A stretch of 64,000 bases of DNA from Podarcis filfolensis (lineage: Eukaryota), in NCBI GenBank assembly GCA_964270895.1, contig OZ185441.1; one strand, written 5' to 3'. Below the pieces are notes generated by a model that was not told the DNA's origin, ran no database searches, and was given only the letters and a program-made list of their open reading frames with translations. Position 1 is the first letter of the stretch. Every line of letters starts with the position of its first letter. The position numbers and the translations under genes were made by a program. Below, one piece after another: positions 38,401-49,402 of this stretch.

Positions 38401-40732
38401 ATGCTGGCTTCCCATTCTTAGGATTGCTCCTTAAATGGTATTTACTCTTTGATCAGGAGTGGAGAACAGTGTGGGGGTTGTGGTTCCTAAATGTTTGGCA
38501 AGCAGTGCTCTGCTGATATACAGAACTCTATTCACTTTGCAGTATAAAAGCTATAATTAAGCAAGCTATTTCTGCACATGCATGTGGGGCTTTTCTGTTC
38601 CTTGCTAATGTAACTGGAAGGAATTCACAGGGCTCTGTCTGAGAGTTGCTTCACACAAATCTTTCAATGAAAGAGAGCTGTTGGACACATCCAACTTGTT
38701 CTTAAATCCATTTCCTTTCATTTGTGACAAGCTGGTTGTACGCATACATCACCATGAACTCAATTTGGTTTTCAGAATAACACTGCTAAACTATATCTAC
38801 AGTGGCTTCCAAATTCACCACAATGCGGCAAATTCACAGAATGAACTGTAATGTCCTAATGTTGGAGGAATTTCAGTAGGCTTCACACACCTTGTTCAAA
38901 TTGGCTATGCGGATGGGCAATGAGTTTGTTGTAATCCATAGTCCTGCATGCACATAAAGTTCACATTAGGGCTGTTCAGTCATGATGCTAAACCATAGCT
39001 GTCAACTTTTCCCTTTTCTTGCGAGGAATCCTATTTGGAATAAGGGAATTTCCCTTTAAAAAAAGGAAACATTGACAGCTATGTGCTAAACCATGTTTCT
39101 CCCATGGTTCTCCTAACAATTATAGTGTATTATATGCATTATTATATGTATAAGATTATACACATAAACACTATACACAAAAATAGATGCTCCACCAATG
39201 AGAGAACAAACTCACGGAGCAAGTTCTGAAAGCTGCTGCTATAGTAGCAGTCAGCAGAGGACTGAAGGGGAAGGTGTATGCTTCTCTTAACTGTAGCACC
39301 TCCTCTTTGGTTAAAGAGAACTAAAAGGTTCTATGCAAATCCATTCATCCAACTGTGGGACTTTCCAGAGATCACAAAGAAGAGCCAGTTCTGAAATTGT
39401 GATCATTGTTCCAAGGAAGTGCAAACCATATGTGGCCTGTTTGGACAAAACAACAAACTGCTTTGTTGAGAAGATAAGCAAGGATTCAAAGTTGCTAATT
39501 GCTACACATGAGCAGAGGAGAGAAGGCTACATGAACCCCAAACTTGTGCCTCCGCATTTTCATAACACCAAACCATGGTTATGTCTGAAAATATCCAGTA
39601 TGAGCCCTATGTGCATGAGAGCCATGGATTACAACCAATGCCCATATCAAAGAGCTGCTTCAGATGTTATTTTTAAATCATAGTCATTATTTTAAGACAT
39701 TAAAGTGTGTGTTAGACAGCAAATTGACATAAGTGTTAAAAAATGGCAAGGGTATGGGTCACTGGCAACAAAAAGAACTTTTTTGGTATACAATGTACCA
39801 ATTAAAAATGAAACAATTTTCTACAGGGAAGTTCATAAATAGCCATTTTAAGGTTACTAGAAAATTTCACGGTTCCTGATTCAATGAGGAAAAATTTGCA
39901 TTTTTGTTAAAAAGAAAAACAACCCTTAAGGTTATATTCTTAATTTTTTTTCTTCTATTAAGCAAATAGCATTTCAAAACTTTACTGTACAGGAATGTAC
40001 TTAAATATATCAAACAGTAAAGCATACTAGAAATCTACAAAATTTAATAGCAACGATTTCCTTTTTGTCCTCTGAGAATGTCATACGTCAGAGCTAAGAG
40101 ATGTGCAATGCTCTCAGGCTGTTAAAAATCACTACAAATTTCATTTGCATGGATGTTATTACATTATTATAGTGGCTGCAGTGTCATTTCCTCTGATTTA
40201 TCAGATATTGTTTTCTTTGGATGTCAGATAAAATGAACTTTCCTAATTATATTTCTGTGGTAATTATTCTCTTGCATTCTTTTTTTCTGAGGGCTAGGGC
40301 ACCTACCACAGCCATAAAACAGGTGATTGGTCCAAAAGGGCTTTTTTTACTTTGTTTTTCTGAGAGCAACTCTCCTTTCTCCCATCACACCACAAATCAC
40401 TTTTGAATCTTAGTATTTTCAAAAACAGCTTATGATGCAACATGGCATGTTCCCCTTGAAAACTATTTTTTAAAGCCTGCTAGAATTATTTTAGGTGCAC
40501 ACATGTTCTAGTGATGATCTGAAGGTGCTTTCTGCATTGCAGCCCATGTGCAGTTCAGTTCAGAAAATTCAGATTTGAGGAATTCACACCAGACTTCACA
40601 TGGCAATGCTGCACACTAGTAAGAACTTACGAGAGAAAGGTGCATGGGTAGAAAAAGTTAAAAAACCATTGCAAAGTCAGTGTGAAAACAAGAACTGAAA
40701 TATTGGTATGAAACTCTTGCCACAGCGCATTA

Positions 40733-40824
40733 TAGCACAATCCTATACATGTCTACTCAAAAGCAAGCCCCACTGAGTTCAGCAGGACTTACTTGAAGGT
40801 AAGTGGGTACAGGATTGCAGCCTT
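40733..40824. repeat. Short (about 90 bp) palindromic lizard interspersed repeat
   Basis: gcacaatcctatacatgtctactc...ccccactgagttc...caggattgcagcc; termini are inverted (caatcct / aggattg). Confidence 0.6.
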
Positions 40825-41551
40825 ATTAGATTTGCATTTTTGTTTGATTGTTTTTAAGAAAGCTGTGTGTAAATTGGGTTAGGTTAAGGTTAGTACAGTG
40901 GTAGTAGTTAAAAGCATAGCTCAGCTTTGTTGTTATATATTCCAGATACGATGATTTTTCATCTATATTTGTTATCTCAGCATGGTAAATCCATTTCCCT
41001 TCACTTTTTAATGGTTGTTTTTAGCTTCCTGACAGAAAGGTCTAAGTGCCTTTCCTTCTATAGTGCTGGTATCTTATTTTATCCCTTGTAGGATGTGGCA
41101 CTTCATAAACATTATTTTAATGTTCTGCCATTTTGATGGTCACAATAACATTTCAAGTCTTTTGGAGGCATGTCGAAAAGAAAATGAAAGTCCTGTCTGT
41201 GCTATAGACAGCAGAGAGATGACCATCTTTTTCTTAAACCATACTTTATTTTTCAGATGATACTAAAATAATGACAAACTTTTAATTGCCATGATATTTA
41301 CACTCTTTGGTGATTTGCTAATTCATTGCTTAAAAACACACTCGCCCCCCCCCCCAATCCCCTTTAATTCCCCTCCCTTTTACTGAATTTTCTGATGACA
41401 ATAAGAATCCAGTATGTTAACTGGCACTTGAATTAAAAATGCAGAACAGCTTGCACATTCTTCAGCAGCATAAAACAATGTTTTGTAGCCTAGTTTGGAA
41501 CTTTTTTAAAAAAAATCTGCAACAGATGTTGATAAAGGGAAATGTTCTCAC

Positions 41552-41578
41552 CTAAAATTGCAGTTGGCACAAATGGAT
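41552..41578 (-). CDS. PTPRM: PTPRM 27-nt microexon: DPFVPTAIL (frame-preserving, likely alternatively spliced)
   Basis: atgtatgacag|ATCCATTTGTGCCAACTGCAATTTTAG|gtgaga; matches the first 9 residues of the 13-aa insert of the long PTPmu isoform as I recall it. Confidence 0.92.
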   Translation of the reverse strand: MHLCQLQF

Positions 41579-42064
41579 CTGTCATACATCATAAGCAGGT
41601 CAATGCAGAAAAGGCAAAAAGAGAAAGAGAAGTAAATGACCTATAAATGTTCCCAAATTTTCTGCTAGAAAGCCACAAATAAGCAAGTTGTTATAACATG
41701 CAAAGCTATTTAGCACTTTTTGCGTTTGTTTTAATTAACAGCACGACCTCAAGAATAATTTCACTGTTAAGTCTGGGGCATGATCCATTCCTGAGTGAAT
41801 GGGTCGTTTGAGCACGCTAAAATCAGTAACCGACCAGGTTCCTGAAGGAGAGTAATGGCTGGATGATGTGAGATAGGCGTGTCCCAGTTTTTTATTCTGT
41901 GTAGGGGTCAGACGTAGCCTTGGGGTGCGGTGAGAAAAGAGGGATCTATTGAGCCCTCTATTGATCCCTTTCATGATGTGTGCAAGTGTGCTTGCATGGG
42001 AAAAGACCCTCTATGTCCTAGGAGATTACGATTATTGAAATAAAACAAGCACAGAAATGGTTAC

Positions 42065-42139
42065 CTGGGTAGTAAGAATTAGGAACTGTTGTACTCAGTG
42101 TGTTTGTTTTCATTGTAAATGAAGATGGTGAGGATACAG
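42065..42139 (-). CDS. PTPRM: PTPRM exon, 75 nt: SVSSPSSFTMKTNTLSTTVPNSYYP(D)
   Basis: tctctttccag|CTGTATCCTCA...TACTACCCAG|gtaacc; phase 1/1; continues the previous exon in frame. Confidence 0.95.
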
Positions 42140-42699
42140 CTGGAAAGAGAAGCACAGTATTCAGGAAAACAAAAGCATTAGTAAGCTACACCGCATTTAC
42201 AAAATCACCCTTATATGATGAACATAGCAGTAACTGATTAGGTCATTCAAATCTGGTAAAAATGATTTGGTGGAGAAAAATATCCATGAAAAATGGCACT
42301 AGACTCCATTAATTTCTTTTATGTTTTATTGGGGCCATTTGTGCTATTACCTTTAACATCATCATCTTTTCTCAATAAGACTGCAAATCTAAAATTATTG
42401 CGGGGGGCGGGGACCCTAAACTGCAGCCCCTTCTCATACCAGATTTGCTTGAATTTTCTGAAGAGCAATGCTGTTGGGATATGAAGATGTACTATGTATT
42501 CCTTTCATTGGATTCCTGAGATGATCAAGAAATGTAGGCAGGAACCATGCTATAGCAGCTTCAGAGCTTCTGTAGGCAATTTTGGAAGAGGCTTTAGCTT
42601 AAAAGCATTTCTAATTTAGGACGGAATTCTACAACTGCTTACTTGGAAATAAGCCTCATTCAACTCAATGCGACTTCAGAGTGGAGATGGGAGAAAAAT

Positions 42700-43137
42700 T
42701 TAATTCAGTTCATATCTACCTAATTTGCACTTTCTGAAACAATATGTAAATTAAAACACAGCCATCCTTTGAAAGCGACACTTCTATGAATTTTGCAATG
42801 CAGTTTTCTAGTCAAGTAATGTGAATAAAAATGCATATATTGGAACATAGTGTGCACAAAAATGTATATATTAGCAAATATTGCATATAAAATGCATTTT
42901 ATTTGGGAAATACAACTATATAGAGAAAAGCTTTTCAAAACTGTGTATATTAGGCAAAATGGCATACAAGAAAATGTATATTAGGATAAATTCACACCAC
43001 AATACTGATGTACGTTCTGAATTTTTATTTTTTTTAAACCACAAACTAATGTGGAAATGTGGTGATGGGGACCTGCATTTAAGATTGGAAAACTGAGAAA
43101 CTAAGAGAAACTGAAATCAACAGACTTGCCCATCCTG
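42700..43137 (+). repeat. Unclassified AT-rich interspersed repeat, copy 1
   Basis: Shares tgaattttgcaatgca...caagtaatgt...aaaaatgcatata...gagaaactgaaa...ccatc with 49060-49402. Confidence 0.6.
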
Positions 43138-43805
43138 ATATAAATTAGGGCTGCCAGAATTTCCTGGACATATCCAGGATTCATCCTTCGGAAATAGCAT
43201 TTGGATGGAATTTCTGACCAACAGCATTTTAATGCTGGACACAAGATACTTGCCTTTGAAGCCTAATGCTTTCGTGGAAACATGAAGCTAGACCACAATA
43301 GTGTATTCTTTATTGATGCTCCATGTTAATTGATGGAGCATCTTTCTTTCTTGTGGTAGGAAATGAATATTTGTCCATTTCCTGGTTAGCCATGTTGGGA
43401 TTTTCCATTCCACCTTAAGTTGCAGACATGTGAGATTGTTGCATGTCACATGTCTGTTTACATTCCAGCACAGTTTGCTGGGAACTTCCATTGTGTATAG
43501 CTTTTGCTTTTGACTCTCTCTCTCTGAGGACACGGCAATGAGAGACAACATGTTTTCTTTGTCCTGATTTATGCTTAATAAATCCGTAGCTTGTTAGTAT
43601 GTTTCCACAAGCCTCATGCCTCTTCTGTTTGTGCAGTTTGCTCTGCTGATATAGTGTGCTCAGGCTTTGAAGTCTGAGTCGCTGATTTACATCAGCGAGC
43701 CGGAGGTCGAGGGATTGTCACGGCTGGAAGGGCATGATCCACCTGTGGGCTAGCCAGCTGGCTTCTCGACCCCCAAAGGATGCCGACACATAGTGCGCTC
43801 CAGAT

Positions 43806-43885
43806 GTGGTAGACTACAGCTCTCACCACCTCTGATCATTGTTGAGGCTGATGGGAATTGTAGTCAAAAACATCTGGAAAGTGCC
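43806..43885. mobile_element. Degenerate hAT-MITE hairpin module (further remnants near 45249-45330 and 63875-63925)
   Basis: The gactaca...ggga(a/g)ttgtagtc...aacatctgg module is shared with 14460-14588. Confidence 0.55.
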
Positions 43886-44726
43886 ATACCAGCTACCCTT
43901 GGTTTACGACCTGTGCACTGTTCTGACAGTGGTTCAAGCATATACTTTGTATGCAGGAAATCCCATGTTCAATCTCCGGCATCTCCAGTTAAAAGGAAGT
44001 CAACTAGCAAGGTTAAGAAAAACCTCTGCTTGAGACCTTGGAGGACTGCAATCTATCAGTGTAGTCAATCCCAGGCTAGATAGACAAAAAGCCTGACCTG
44101 CTATTGGCAGTTTCCTATATTCGCTGTTCTATCTCGAGGAGAAAAGTGGCACTATTTTATTGGGCAATAATAGCAATATATGAGATTTCAGGTTTTTTGG
44201 GTTTTTTACTGTCTTTAAGAATAACTCTAGGTATGAGTCCAAAACAATTATTAATTGCATTAATTCTCTTACCCCAGGAAGCCTGAAATATGTCAACTGT
44301 AACATTAATTGATGTTTATGACTGACTAAATGGCTGCCCTCCAAACTCATTATGACATTTTTAGAAAGTGGCTAAACTGACATGGGGACATGCAGCTGGT
44401 ATGAAAGCAATAAAGCCTTCAGCATTGTAAAAATAAAAAAGGAAATGGAATCCAACACCTGCTACATTGATGTGTGCTTTTTTTGTAAAAGACAAAAATG
44501 CAAACTTATCTTTATTTTATAACAACTATTCTTTCTCACCAGAATGCTTGCTGTGATGTAATGAACAGTGAGAGATTCTGGGGCCTATGGATTTTCTATG
44601 AGTCAATAATCTGCCCATGGAACTGACTAACAAGTATATTAAGAACCATTTACACCTCCCTCCCTCCCTCCCCTGCCCGACAAAAATAAAAAGTGATTGC
44701 TGCATCCCAGGGCATTTTAAACTTAC

Positions 44727-44878
44727 ATCTCCCATTTAGATTGTGTGTGTCCATGAAAGAGAAAGCTTCATCACAGTTGGTGCCTTGTTCAGTGTAGCTT
44801 TTATCCATTGAGTTCACCATCACTGTCATTTCCTGCCGTGTGCTGCTCAATGTCTCTTTCCGCTTTTTAGCCAATTTC
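44727..44878 (-). CDS. PTPRM: PTPRM exon, 152 nt, juxtamembrane: (R)KLAKKRKETLSSTRQEMTVMVNSMDKSYTEQGTNCDEAFSFMDTHNLNGR(S)
   Basis: Minus strand tcattccttaag|GAAATTGGCT...GGGAGAT|gtaagt; phase 2 in, phase 1 out; lies within ORF 44650..44925. Confidence 0.96.
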
Positions 44879-46572
44879 CTTAAGGAATGAACATTAGGGA
44901 AGAAAGATGATGCCACAGTAAGCAAGCACAGAATTTATCTTTTTATACCAGCTGTCCATTTGAAAATACAACTTTTACTGACAAAAAACCCCACACATTT
45001 AAGTCAATGGTGAAAAACACAATCTTCAATTAAGTCAAAATAAATACTCGCTAAAGAGAAAAGCCGTAAAATGTAAATATAACCAGATTCATCAAAACAC
45101 TATAAAAGAGTTGCACTTGTTGTATGGATCATTGTATGGATAGGGGTGGGGTAAGTGAAATAGAGGTTTTTAGGCTTAATCCAATCCATCATGGGCACAG
45201 AGCCTGAACAGAGAGCAGGGATTGGGAACCTGCGCCCTTCAGACACTGTTGGACTACGTCTCCCATCAACCCCAGCCAGCACAGCAAATGGTCAGGGAAG
45301 ATTTCAGTTGTAGTCTAGCAACATATGGGTGCCCACAACTTTTTCACAGCTAACACAGTGGATTCACATGAAATTGAAAAAATATCACTGCACAGTGACA
45401 TTAAACTATATATCAACACTCTTATCAGGCAACATATTTAAACAAGAATTTGCAGCAGCATTTTGTTAAAACAAGATTTTTAAGCAATGGTATGGTCTGC
45501 ACTTTGGTGATAAAATTGGTTAAAAGAAAAACGCTACTTGCTTACTTCTATAAGGTAAGTAAAATAATGTATTTCCCCCCTTGTTGTTCAGGATTCATAT
45601 GAAGCGGCTGAATAAAGTCATCATAGAATAAGGAGTTGGGTGTCACCTAGATCTGTCTGCTTTTCAAATTAAGGTGATACAGAACTCCTGATCTGGGGTA
45701 TGTAAGCAATAATGGACTGGAAGAGGGTCAAAATATTTAAACTCAGTCCCAAATAAACAGAGACAGAGTTCAGCAGCTCTGGAGGGGAATTGTATGTACC
45801 ACAAGGAAATGGTACCCCCCCCCCCAAGTATGGCAGGCAGTGACCGGAGAGATAGCCGTTTCTTTGGTGACTCCTCATCTTTGGAATGCCTTACTATCAT
45901 TTCAGGACCAGATAAAAACATTTTGTTTTCCCACATTTTTAAGTCCTAAGCAATCTTTAACTAAGAGCAGTATGATTTATAGCACACATTTAAATTGGAT
46001 GTTGTTGTTTTATTGTTTTATCTATATTACCATTACTACTACTACTACTTTCAGTTGCAATTCTTTATTTCTTACTACTCTTGTCAGTCACTCTGGCAAC
46101 ATAAATCTATGTTGAGGTGCAAGATATTAATTATCATGGGAATCTCAGGTGAGATTTCCACACAGTGGAAGTTGTTCCCAGTACCAGTTACCACATGGAA
46201 GCAGCTTAATAATTTACTGTTGTGAAAGATAAGGTTCAGTAAAACAGTTCTAGACATAGATATATATAGCTTATAGGCTTTGGCAGATACAGATATATGT
46301 ATACAGATACATACAAGTACAAGGTATTTCCATTGCTCCAAATAAACTCCAGCAATTCAAGACATAACACTGGACAAGTAACACCAACAGACTGACCACT
46401 CACAGATTAACAGACTGACACTACTGTGCTGACATGCATTAATCACAGATACAATCAGGACTCTGGGCCGTTACCATAGCAAATGGCTTGGCTAACCTTG
46501 TACCTGCGATTAGCTCATCCATGGGGAGAGTTAAACTCCTGAAGGAAATTAACCCCTTCTCATTTCTAGTTA

Positions 46573-46926
46573 GGGACGCGGGTGGCACTGTGGGTTAAAC
46601 CACAGAGCCTAGGACTTGCCGATCAGAAGGTCGGCAGTTCGAATCCCTGCGACGGGGTGAGCTCCCGTTGCTCGGTCCCTGCTCCTGCCAACCTAGCAGT
46701 TCGAAAGCACGTTAAAGTGCAAGTAGATAAATAGGTATCGCTGCGGTGGGAAGGTAAACGGCGTTTCCGCGCGCTGCTCTGGTTCGCCAGAAGCGGCTTA
46801 GTCATGCTGGCCACATGACCCGGAAGCTGTACGCTGGCTCCCTCGGCCAATAAAGCGAGATGAGCGCTGCAACCCCAGAGTTGGCCACAACTGGACCTAA
46901 TGGTCAGGGGTCCCTTTACCTTTACC
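46573..46926 (+). mobile_element. Sauria SINE, full length
   Basis: A-box TGGCACTGTGG; B-box GTTCGAATCC; ctttacctttacc tail; 10-bp TSD TTTCTAGTTA at 46563-46572 and 46927-46936. Confidence 0.95.
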
Positions 46927-49059
46927 TTTCTAGTTACTCCAACAAATTATGGGTGGGATGCACCTAACCAGCCATGTTAGTAGAAGTTCATGTGCAATGA
47001 CTCCTGCTTGCACAACGGGGCATTCTTCCCTCTCTTCCCCTATGCCCCCTGAAATTGGCGGCGGCGGCGGGGGGGGGGAGGGGAGGAAAACCCCTAAAAC
47101 AGCATGTGGGAGAAGGGGTATTGTTCTGTCAGGCAAGCTGGGGTGCTTGCACAGACGGAACAACTGGTACCTTTGCAGGGTTCCTGATTACATGGAGAGA
47201 TCCCATGGGTGCACAATGGTACACATGTAGGCTCTATTCAGAACTTCCAATGAACATCTAGAGATCAAAAGCAGGGACAGAAGGAATGATCCCAATTCCT
47301 GTCTCCACACATTCAATGAAGGTCTGAAAACCACTTTAGTCCTCCTACATATGATTAGCAAATTGAAAAACCAATATAAAGAAACATGTTTCCAGTTCAA
47401 CAATATCTCCAGGTTCTTTTCAAAGCTCCATATAGGGTGTTCTGAACTGCCAACTACAATTCTCAAAAGATGTCAGTCATTTCTAGATGGATGACTGACA
47501 GAGATCAAGAAAACTTTGTTATATTGCTAAAATCAAGAGTATCTAAAAATGAGAAAGATTTTAGGGTCACTATATGATTGGCAAGCAATATGGTATCCAA
47601 TTATTATATGATTAAAAATATTTTTTTTAAAATGATGTTTAAATTTGTCATAAAAACACACAATCTCTTTGTTCAGGTATTTGTCATATTCTCTTTCAAA
47701 ATGTTCCTGCATTGAATTCAATTTCTGTTCAAGTACAAAAAGTACAAAATGGCTGAAGTCACCTATCCACCACCTAGAAGCTATTTTAGCTATTCTACAA
47801 AATACTGAAATAGAAATTTTAAAAAGAATAAAATCAGAAAACCATATATAACAAGGATGTCAACTCTTGGCTCAGGTCACAGGTAAAAATGAATCTAACA
47901 GCTATATGCTAGTCAAGGCTGTCCATTTTAAAAGACCACCCCTGAAGTTACAATGACTGACATTCTGTTCAAAAACAATCCTGAGCCAGGAAAAATTTGA
48001 GGAAAAAAGCATTGAATTAATTTGAGGAAAAAAGCATTGAAAACTCTTAGCAGAGCTATAGGACAAATATATGAACAGCTCCTATCGGCTATTATTTCTG
48101 CCTATATTTGATTCTATCATTCCACCTCACCCCCACATTTCCACTTACTCTGTTGGAATATGAACACCACTGAAAACATGCAAGTTGAGCAACTAGTATT
48201 AATTTTGACGGGTGTAATTTTTCACAATTGGTCAAAAGCCATTGTTTGCTTTTGACTCTTGGGGAAAATTAGGGTATTTATTTTTGCCTGACTTAACGTG
48301 CTATAAAAATCTCTATTAGTTTGAGGGATGCCATGACTGTTTTTAAGTTTGCTGTCACAAGTTTTACCTGAAATTATTTAGGGTAGGCAATATAGCCTTG
48401 CAATACTTCATTGAATAACACTCAGATCTACTTTTATATGAATACATTATCTGTTATGTCATAATGAGCATACCAACCTTAGTGGGCATAGCCAAATATT
48501 CAAAAGAAAAAGACACAGCAGGATAAAATTTCAGCAATTTATTAGTGCTGTATACTATGAACAGCAGAAAGTATAGATATATTTCATGCAAACCCACATT
48601 TTGTAAAGACTGGAGCACTCTCGCCCTCTCTCTGCCATTGGAAATACACAAAGTGAATCAAGCTAACTTTTTCTTTATGCGCGATCAGAATTCAAATAAC
48701 CGATCCTACTGATTATTGGTCATGGTCTACTGAAACATTGAGAAGGCATAATACCACAGCGCCTGATTTCTGCATGTGGACCTCTGAACAATGAAAGCAG
48801 AAGAAACAAAACGAAAAAATCTGGAAGGGTGAAAGATTTACCTGCCCAAGTCCCATTTCCTGGTCCCATCAAATTTTTTTTACGTGCATCTTTAAAACAC
48901 ATGATCCATATTCCTTTGCTCAAATCATAATAAAAACACTGGTTCCCTATTGTGGCTATGCATATTGACTCCATCCAGGACACCCCATTGCTTCAAACAT
49001 TGAATAACCAAGTGATATACTTGAGGGATGACCTTACAGCAGTGCAATATGAAATAGCA

Positions 49060-49402
49060 AATTCCCAGTATACAGACTCTGCTTCTGTTGAACTGTGTTT
49101 TATGTGCACGATTTTCACTTCTGAATTTTGCAATGCATTATCCAACCAAGTAATGTATCCAAAAATGCATATATAATAGGGAGAAATGTGCATACAAGTG
49201 CATGTATAAAAGAAATTAACATAAAAAATAATTTATATTAGGGGAAAGTTTTATTTTATTTTTAATGTGCATATTAGAAGAAGTGTGCACTGAAATGCTG
49301 ACCAATCCTTGTGAAAATTTTGTTTTTCATCACAACTAGATATGGGAGGTGGAAAACTGAGCTTACAATGGGAAAAATGAGAAACTGAAACTATCCATCT
49401 CT
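49060..49402 (+). repeat. Unclassified AT-rich interspersed repeat, copy 2
   Basis: Collinear motif matches to 42700-43137. Confidence 0.6.

Noticed and set aside
46573-46650. tRNA-like sequence with Pol III A and B boxes
   Set aside because: It is the tRNA-derived head of a Sauria SINE, not a tRNA gene; the same applies to the other copies.
34893-48040. Small local tandem duplications (near 34893, 37487 and 47993)
   Set aside because: Ordinary replication-slippage duplications of 12-25 bp with no functional indication.
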